Part shown: one piece after another, positions 58,203 to 64,000 of the stretch
How positions within the stretch are numbered: the first letter of the stretch is position 1
Layout of the letters: every line of letters begins with the position of its first letter
Virus record (IMG/VR): IMGVR_UViG_3300026159_000398
Source: a virus
Lineage: Duplodnaviria; Caudoviricetes
DNA: 64,000 bases
Direction: 5' to 3' (one strand)
Notes under the pieces: generated by a model
The model's input: only the letters and a program-made list of their open reading frames with translations
Told to the model about the DNA's origin: nothing
The model's database searches: none
Translations under genes and position numbers: made by a program

Positions 58203-60127
58203 TACACACCTTGCATTTTAGTTTTGAATTTGTCGATCGCTCCCGCTACTTTATATGCTGCTTTGACTCCTTTTCCAGCAGAACTTAAATAAGCATTCTG
58301 CATAATTTTATGTAACGAGGTTTCATTAAATTGATTCAATGCTCTTTCTGTGTCGGCTTTGGCTTTGATTATCGCTTCGTTAATTTTGGTAGCATTTTTA
58401 TTTAATACAGTGGCGTTAAAAATTTCACTACTAAAATCAGTAGATTGTTTGCTGACATTAAACTGATTAAGTATATTTTTGAATTCATCGTTCTTTGCTT
58501 GTTTCAAAAGAACATCAACAATTTTATTAAATTTAGCCTGATCAGACAACTCGTTTAAATTGGTTGGAATTGCTGATGTAAAATTTTGTAGTAATTTGCC
58601 AAGTGATTTGAATTGACCACCAATACCCTTGGCTATTGTGTCAAGAACACCTTCTTCAAACACCTCTTCATTAAAGGTTTTATTAGAAACAACCAGCGAT
58701 TTGAAATGTTGGGCGAATGATGACAAGAAAGACATAACTGTTGCCATCGTAATCATTGCTACTGCCTGACGCATTGCATTGTTTTTTGCTACTGAGAGAG
58801 CATTAACATCTGGTTTTGTTTGTTGCTGCACCGGTTGTTGAGGTTGATCTTTTGGAGCAGCCTCTTTTTGTGATTGTTTTGTTGATGTTGTTGCCGGTTT
58901 TGCTGGTGCGCCAAGTTGTTGTTTTTGAGCTGATGGTAAATTTTTATTTAGTGCATCAGTTACAGCATCCAATTCACCCATTTCACGATAAAATTTGTGA
59001 TTTGGTAATCTTATTTTTGAAACATCTCCAAAGAAAACATGGTCATTAACCGTATCCATAAGTGTGCGTTCTTCTAGAGCTGGTTTAACAGAACCAATTG
59101 TTTGTCCTTGAAAGACTTTGTTTGCTGCTACATTAAGCATTTCAGTCAAAGAAGAAATTTTGCCGGATAATGTTTTATAAGCACCACCCATAATTTCATC
59201 TAATTTTCCAGTTTGTTTAAGAACATCCACAACATCAGAAGCTGATAAATCACCAGTAAAATTATTCGCTACCGTAGAACCAAATATTTTGGAGAATGTT
59301 TTTTCTTTATCATTCAGTACGCCATCAATCAATTTGGCAAATGTTTTAAATTTATCTGGACCATATCCAAGTTCAGCTAATTGATTGAAAAGAACTCCAT
59401 GAATTATTCTTCCGCCTCTATCAGAATCAAAGAATGTTTTTAGTGCGGTTTGTGGGTCATGAAAATCCTGCTTTACTCGTTCCTGAATATTTGAATAAGT
59501 ATCAGAAACGAATTTTTCTGCATCTTGCGCATCGGCAAGAGAATTTTTAAATTCTTGGCTACCAGTATTCATAGCGACAAGAATTTTATTTACTACACCA
59601 GCTTTAGAGGCACTCTTTGGAGTAGCTTCTTTTAATGCAGCCACAGAAAGAGGTTTTTCGCCATCACTGGTTTGAATTGATTTATCATAATCTGCAAGAA
59701 GTGTTGATTTCAGTTGAGGCGTTTCTTGCATTTGTTTAATGATGTCTTCATCTTTGACTGTCTTGCGCTTTTCAGCAAGTCCGTTTACAAGATAACTAAA
59801 CATTGCGGCACGAGAAAAATTATTTATTTCTCTTTTTAATGCAACGCCAACTTCATCTTTTGTTTTTGTTTCAGTTGGAGTTTCTGTTGGTTGTGTACCT
59901 TGCTCTAGACCTTGAATAATTGGATCTGCACCTCCAGCTGGGTCTGTTGGGTCTCCAGCAGGTTTTTCTGCTTCCATGAAGATTTTGAATGGGCGTTCGA
60001 AAGCAACATCCAAAAGTAGTTCATTGAACGTTTTGGTGTTCTTTTCAAGCTCCTCACGATACGGCTTGATTTGTTCTGCTTGCTTGAGGTGTTGTTCAAG
60101 AATCTCGTAATAGAATTTTTCAACCAT
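58202..60127 (-). CDS. Large hypothetical head-associated protein
   Basis: 641 aa between neck genes; IFMEA and FEEGVLD possible processing sites. Confidence 0.55.
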   Translation of the reverse strand: MVEKFYYEILEQHLKQAEQIKPYREELEKNTKTFNELLLDVAFERPFKIFMEAEKPAGDPTDPAGGADPIIQGLEQGTQPTETPTETKTKDEVGVALKREINNFSRAAMFSYLVNGLAEKRKTVKDEDIIKQMQETPQLKSTLLADYDKSIQTSDGEKPLSVAALKEATPKSASKAGVVNKILVAMNTGSQEFKNSLADAQDAEKFVSDTYSNIQERVKQDFHDPQTALKTFFDSDRGGRIIHGVLFNQLAELGYGPDKFKTFAKLIDGVLNDKEKTFSKIFGSTVANNFTGDLSASDVVDVLKQTGKLDEIMGGAYKTLSGKISSLTEMLNVAANKVFQGQTIGSVKPALEERTLMDTVNDHVFFGDVSKIRLPNHKFYREMGELDAVTDALNKNLPSAQKQQLGAPAKPATTSTKQSQKEAAPKDQPQQPVQQQTKPDVNALSVAKNNAMRQAVAMITMATVMSFLSSFAQHFKSLVVSNKTFNEEVFEEGVLDTIAKGIGGQFKSLGKLLQNFTSAIPTNLNELSDQAKFNKIVDVLLKQAKNDEFKNILNQFNVSKQSTDFSSEIFNATVLNKNATKINEAIIKAKADTERALNQFNETSLHKIMQNAYLSSAGKGVKAAYKVAGAIDKFKTKMQGV

Positions 60128-60137
60128 GGGAAATTCC

Positions 60138-60905
60138 TTAATTTTGTAATAGAGGCAGAGGTCTTTGCATTCCTTTTAATTCAGTCTCAAGTTTTTCTAT
60201 TGAGGCTGCTGCTTCTGTTTTTAAAGCTTCACCGTCTGCGGCCAAGTTTGTTCCTGTTGCATTGACACCACTAAACTTGCTTCTAATAGTACCAAGCATC
60301 ATCTTAGCACAAGCTAGAGCATATTTCTTTATCCAAATTTGCTCTTCAGCTTCAGACTCTGTTAATGTGCCTTTGTATAAAATGCCAACATCTGTGACTG
60401 GTTGATTGATAGGAAAGAGATAAATCTTGTTGTCCAAGATTTCCCACATCTTGTCAATGCCAACAATCTTCTTGATATCTTCAAGGCGTTGTAAATATGT
60501 ATAGTATAAAGGCAAATTAAACTGTGAAAAAATATTAAGAATACCCTGTTGGTTGAAAACAGGTATGACAGTTCCTTCGAATTCTCCGATAAAACCACCA
60601 GCTGCGATACCAGAACCAAGGCTATCAAAAAAGCTGGATGGAAATAGAATATCAACAATCATTTCTTTATTCAATCCAGTTGGAATATCAAATGGATTTG
60701 AAACAATCGTTTGATGAATAAGACGATAATCTACAGTTGCGTATCTATGATACATTGTCAAGGCGTCGATGATGGCAGTTCTGATATGTTCTTCTGTCAA
60801 TTCAACGCGTACAAGTGGATATCCTAAAGAATATAAAATATAATTCTTAAGATTGACGTAGTGATTGGTGTATTCAGCGGCGTTTACATCTTGATTTATA
60901 TACAT
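60138..60905 (-). CDS. Neck protein (gp13-like)
   Basis: LKNYILYSLGYPLVRVELTEEH..AI.DAL...WIKKYALA.AK..LG.IRSKF. Confidence 0.85.
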   Translation of the reverse strand: MYINQDVNAAEYTNHYVNLKNYILYSLGYPLVRVELTEEHIRTAIIDALTMYHRYATVDYRLIHQTIVSNPFDIPTGLNKEMIVDILFPSSFFDSLGSGIAAGGFIGEFEGTVIPVFNQQGILNIFSQFNLPLYYTYLQRLEDIKKIVGIDKMWEILDNKIYLFPINQPVTDVGILYKGTLTESEAEEQIWIKKYALACAKMMLGTIRSKFSGVNATGTNLAADGEALKTEAAASIEKLETELKGMQRPLPLLQN

Positions 60906-61570
60906 TTTAATCTCTCAGAAATAGTGCGATGTGAAGTATCAAATAATACGGCGATCTTTCTTAAACTATAACCTTCTTCACGAAGTTGTTTTATTTGATT
61001 GTTATTGATATCATTTCTAAATGCTGGATTTTTGTTTCCTTTGGCAACGCCTCTTTCTTTTCGTGTTTTACTAATTGCCTCACGCATTGTTTGATCATAT
61101 CCTCTATGGTTTTGTTTTCTCGATAAAGATCTTTTTTGTAACGATTCTTTAGATAAAACAACCGTTTTTCCTAAACGTGCTTTACTTAATTTTTGTTTGT
61201 GAGCTTCAGTTTTTGGACCAGTATATCCTTCGCCACCATTTGTTAAATTAGTTAACGGTCCTAAAACCAAGTCATTTCTGCCTATTTGAGAAATAAGTTG
61301 TTTTTCTAATTCTAAAGCATCTTGAAACAATAAATTTTCTTTAATATGAACAACAATAGGTCTCATTTCGCATGATAAGATTTTTTTTATTTTATTTGTT
61401 TTATGTTTATTTGGGTCGTTTTTTAAATTTGATTTTCTGAGATGTGCTGTATCTCGTGAACCACTTCCGACGCCAACATAAAATGGTTCAAAATCAAAAT
61501 AGTTTTCTTGATAACAAAAATTTCCGGGTTTTCGTGGGTCAAGATAAATGTAAATGTAGTGTTTATTCAT
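60896..61570 (-). CDS. GIY-YIG-family homing endonuclease with HTH
   Basis: YIYIYLDPRKPG...PFYVGVG..R...H...E..LI..IGR...LTNLTNGGEG; GYSLRKIA. Confidence 0.85.
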   Translation of the reverse strand: MNKHYIYIYLDPRKPGNFCYQENYFDFEPFYVGVGSGSRDTAHLRKSNLKNDPNKHKTNKIKKILSCEMRPIVVHIKENLLFQDALELEKQLISQIGRNDLVLGPLTNLTNGGEGYTGPKTEAHKQKLSKARLGKTVVLSKESLQKRSLSRKQNHRGYDQTMREAISKTRKERGVAKGNKNPAFRNDINNNQIKQLREEGYSLRKIAVLFDTSHRTISERLKCI

Positions 61571-61576
61571 TTTCCC

Positions 61577-62221
61577 TTATTGAGGTTGAATTTGCAGGCA
61601 CCAGCCTGATTTGTCTTTGTTTTTTGCAAAGAACGTGTCCCATGAATAGCGAACATTGAAGCCTGATGCTTCATATCCTGGAGATAATGCGTATCCGTAT
61701 GGGTCAAGAACAAAAACATCACGCGTTTCGTCATCGTAACCAACGCAGCAATTGATGTGACCAGCAACTTTATGACCATATTTGGCGTTTGCGCTGCTGA
61801 AGTTTCCACAAATGACTTGAGGAATATTGGCATTGTCAATCAATGCACAAACTTCTTCAAAAGAGATATGATCTGAAAATTCTGAATCATATCCAATCTT
61901 ATTCATTAAATCATCGAACATTTTTTCTTCTACTTTACCAACGAGCCATGATTTTTCAAAATAGTCTTTTGTCCATGGTCCAACAGCTTTCAGCATCCAT
62001 TGTTTTATGGAACTGGTTTTTGCCATTTTTGTCAAGTAGTCTTCTATTTGTTCTTCATCAATTCCAAGATCTCTTGTAGTTTTACCAGTCATAGTGAGAA
62101 TATAATCAATACACATTGCTACTGAGGTAGGAAAGCATGTAACAAATGGATTATATTTATTGTTTCTTTGCGTGTGGTAAAAATCGCTTAAAGCAACTTT
62201 AGTTACGTAGTGTGCACTCAT
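61577..62221 (-). CDS. C39-like cysteine peptidase
   Basis: Q...CFPTSVAM (catalytic Cys), GHINCCVGYD (His), LDPYG (Asp). Confidence 0.75.
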   Translation of the reverse strand: MSAHYVTKVALSDFYHTQRNNKYNPFVTCFPTSVAMCIDYILTMTGKTTRDLGIDEEQIEDYLTKMAKTSSIKQWMLKAVGPWTKDYFEKSWLVGKVEEKMFDDLMNKIGYDSEFSDHISFEEVCALIDNANIPQVICGNFSSANAKYGHKVAGHINCCVGYDDETRDVFVLDPYGYALSPGYEASGFNVRYSWDTFFAKNKDKSGWCLQIQPQ

Positions 62222-62304
62222 ATTGATTCTCCTGTAGATATATTTAATGAATTATAGAAAATGAGCATAAAAATTTACGTGTGTCTTTAATATAATTCTA
62301 TATC

Positions 62305-62386
62305 GGAAGGACAAGAACTGATCATTCTGACTCGGTACCTCGAATACCGAGTCTTACTTCCAACTTTTAATTATTCGAGGTAATTA
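62305..62386 (+). ncRNA. Structured leader RNA, copy 5
   Basis: P1 GGAAG/CTTCC; P2 AGAA-CTGATCA-TTCT; P3 GACTCGGTA-CCTCGAA-TACCGAGTC; P4 TAATTA-TTCGAGG-TAATTA; TAATATAATT at 62288-62297. Confidence 0.85.
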
Positions 62387-62925
62387 TGGGTCTCATCTAC
62401 GAAGCCACCAATCTCATCAATCATAAGCGCTATATTGGCCAAACAATTCAGACACTTGAGGAGCGTAAAGGAACTCATGAATATGATGCTGTTAATAGAC
62501 AACGTGATTTTGTTTTCTATAGAGCAATAAGAAAATATGGTTTCAATAATTTTCAATGGCGAATTATAGGATATTGCAAAACCAAAAAACAATTAGATAA
62601 AGCTGAAATTGCTTGCATTGAATTTTACCAAAGCAATAATCCGATTTATGGCTACAATAGTACTATTGGTGGTACTGGCGGAGCTATCAGGAGCGGAATG
62701 AAATGTTCAGATTCTATGAAAAGGAAAATTGGTGAGGCAAATAGAGGAAGAATAGTTGGAGAAGCAGAACGAGAAATGAAACGACAACAAATGTTAGGAA
62801 CTAAATTATCTGAAGAAACTAAAAGACGAATGAGTGAAGCGAGAAAAGGCCAAAAACGTTCTGAAGAATCAAAACAAAAAATGAGAGAAGCACAAAGACT
62901 TAGACGCCTTCGAGAACAACAGTAA
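62386..62925 (+). CDS. GIY-YIG homing endonuclease with NUMOD3-like repeats
   Basis: GLIY...KRYIGQT...R...H...AIRKYGFNNF...YGYNSTIGG. Confidence 0.9.
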   Translation: MGLIYEATNLINHKRYIGQTIQTLEERKGTHEYDAVNRQRDFVFYRAIRKYGFNNFQWRIIGYCKTKKQLDKAEIACIEFYQSNNPIYGYNSTIGGTGGAIRSGMKCSDSMKRKIGEANRGRIVGEAEREMKRQQMLGTKLSEETKRRMSEARKGQKRSEESKQKMREAQRLRRLREQQ

Positions 62926-62958
62926 AAAAAAAACCTCCAAGAAAACTTGGAGGTTTTT
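62924..62958. terminator. Bidirectional intrinsic terminator
   Basis: A-run-CCTCCAAG-AAAA-CTTGGAGG-T-run between the endonuclease and capsid genes. Confidence 0.8.
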
Positions 62959-62981
62959 AATTTCAAATATCAACTTAAATA

Positions 62982-64000
62982 TTACTGGAAGATAGTAGGC
63001 AGACCGTTGATTATCAGTCTCGCATACTGATATTCCCCCATGAGGATGTAGTTTTTAGCTTTTCCGCTATCGCCACGATCTTTGAAAGTTTTACCATAAC
63101 GAGTATAGTAAAGTTTCTTTGGGTTACCAGTATTTGGGTCAATCAAAGTAGGAGTTGCAGTGATTGGCAGATATGGGCAATACAGATATCCGCTATCAAT
63201 TGCGCTCGTTCCTTTGTAACCGATCAGAAGTTCGTTTTTAGGGAACTGTGGGTCTGAGTAAAACTTAATCTTTCCACCGAGTGAACCTTGGAATGCAAGG
63301 TCGCGGCCAGAGTAAGTAACGCCGGAGCCGACGAAACCAGGTACGCGATCAAGGAAAGAAAGTGTTGCTGGGTTACCAACAACGAAGTTACCAAATCCAC
63401 GACGACCAATGTTCCAAATTTCAGCACAAACTTTCTCGATCGCGTCGAGGATAGCTTTTTGTGCGTCATCGTAGTTAGCTACGATAGAAACTTGTGTACC
63501 ACCAGCTGTTGGCAGCTTTGTGAGGTCGATAGTCTTGGTAATTCCAGCCATCATACGAAGGTCGTTGATGATTTCGCGGTTGATTTCAGCCATGAGTTCT
63601 TGCTTCATCATATCCATGATTGCAGACTCAAGGTCGATACCATGCAACTTTTTGAGGTCGTAAGCAGCATCAAGAGTGAAGCTACCACGAAGTTGACGAC
63701 GAGTAAGACCAATGCTTTCTTGCGCGATTTCGAATTCAATTTCAGGAATCATTGATTCGTCTTCTGGCTTGTAGTCATAGTCCAAAGTCATCGTTGCAAC
63801 TGCTGTTCCACCAACTGTGAAAGCGTTGAGGTTAGTTATAGTTGCTGTCAGTGTACGAACGATTTGAGTTCCAGATGCGCTCATAACGATTGTCAGCGTA
63901 CCAGCATCAACTGCAGCCAGCGTATAAGTAGTTCCGTTGTAAACAACGTCACCAGTAATAGCTGTACCACTTGCTGTTCCAGCAGTGTTAAAGTCAGTTG
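62982..64000 (-). CDS. Major capsid protein (T4 gp23-like), 5' end outside the window
   Basis: RRQLRGSFTLDAAYDLKKLHGIDLES...AEINREII...GNFVV...GYKG...YCPYLP...TRYG; frame open to the right edge. Confidence 0.95.
   Translation of the reverse strand, partial: TDFNTAGTASGTAITGDVVYNGTTYTLAAVDAGTLTIVMSASGTQIVRTLTATITNLNAFTVGGTAVATMTLDYDYKPEDESMIPEIEFEIAQESIGLTRRQLRGSFTLDAAYDLKKLHGIDLESAIMDMMKQELMAEINREIINDLRMMAGITKTIDLTKLPTAGGTQVSIVANYDDAQKAILDAIEKVCAEIWNIGRRGFGNFVVGNPATLSFLDRVPGFVGSGVTYSGRDLAFQGSLGGKIKFYSDPQFPKNELLIGYKGTSAIDSGYLYCPYLPITATPTLIDPNTGNPKKLYYTRYGKTFKDRGDSGKAKNYILMGEYQYARLIINGLPTIFQ

Noticed and set aside
26019-62386. Leader RNA as a cobalamin riboswitch, hammerhead ribozyme or tRNA
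   Set aside because: No B12 box or four-way junction, no conserved CUGAnGA/GAAA hammerhead core across copies, no cloverleaf. Only the kissing-loop logic is shared with cobalamin riboswitches.
227-63755. Many 60-160 aa ORFs antisense or out of frame to long genes in the track
   Set aside because: Shadow ORFs overlapping well-supported genes, with no SD or recognisable motifs.
1-64000. Alternative genetic code (TAG/TGA recoding as in some jumbo phages)
   Set aside because: Long structural genes are intact in code 11 and pack tightly. The two suspicious TAG ends (30629, 33542) are resolved by -1 shifts, not readthrough.

Overview
AT-rich segment of a large T4-like (myovirus, probably jumbo) phage genome in standard genetic code. 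Most of the window is a minus-strand late/structural region: major capsid protein (cut by the right edge), neck/head-completion genes, tail terminator, sheath, tube, hub, tape measure, spike, baseplate wedges and a >1600-aa fibre-like protein (cut by the left edge). A gp47/gp46 (SbcD/SbcC-like) pair, Hsp20, a Holliday-junction-resolvase-like gene and ten free-standing homing-endonuclease-like genes (nine GIY-YIG) are interspersed. Two things stand out. (1) A ~85-nt structured leader occurs in five diverged copies, each directly upstream of a plus-strand GIY-YIG gene. It folds as a three-way junction whose P3 loop is exactly complementary to the loop of a downstream hairpin carrying the Shine-Dalgarno. 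Loop sequence and length covary in all five copies, and a second loop always contains a palindrome. This is a candidate undescribed cis-regulatory RNA / endonuclease mobile unit. (2) About two dozen otherwise unrelated, tightly packed genes (26.8-39.7 kb) start with M-S-K-F-x-E-Y-L-E-like peptides resembling the T4 capsid-targeting sequence, suggesting a large array of packaged, injected proteins that includes an AAA+ ATPase. All calls are by-eye motif recognition; no searches were run, so novelty is untested.
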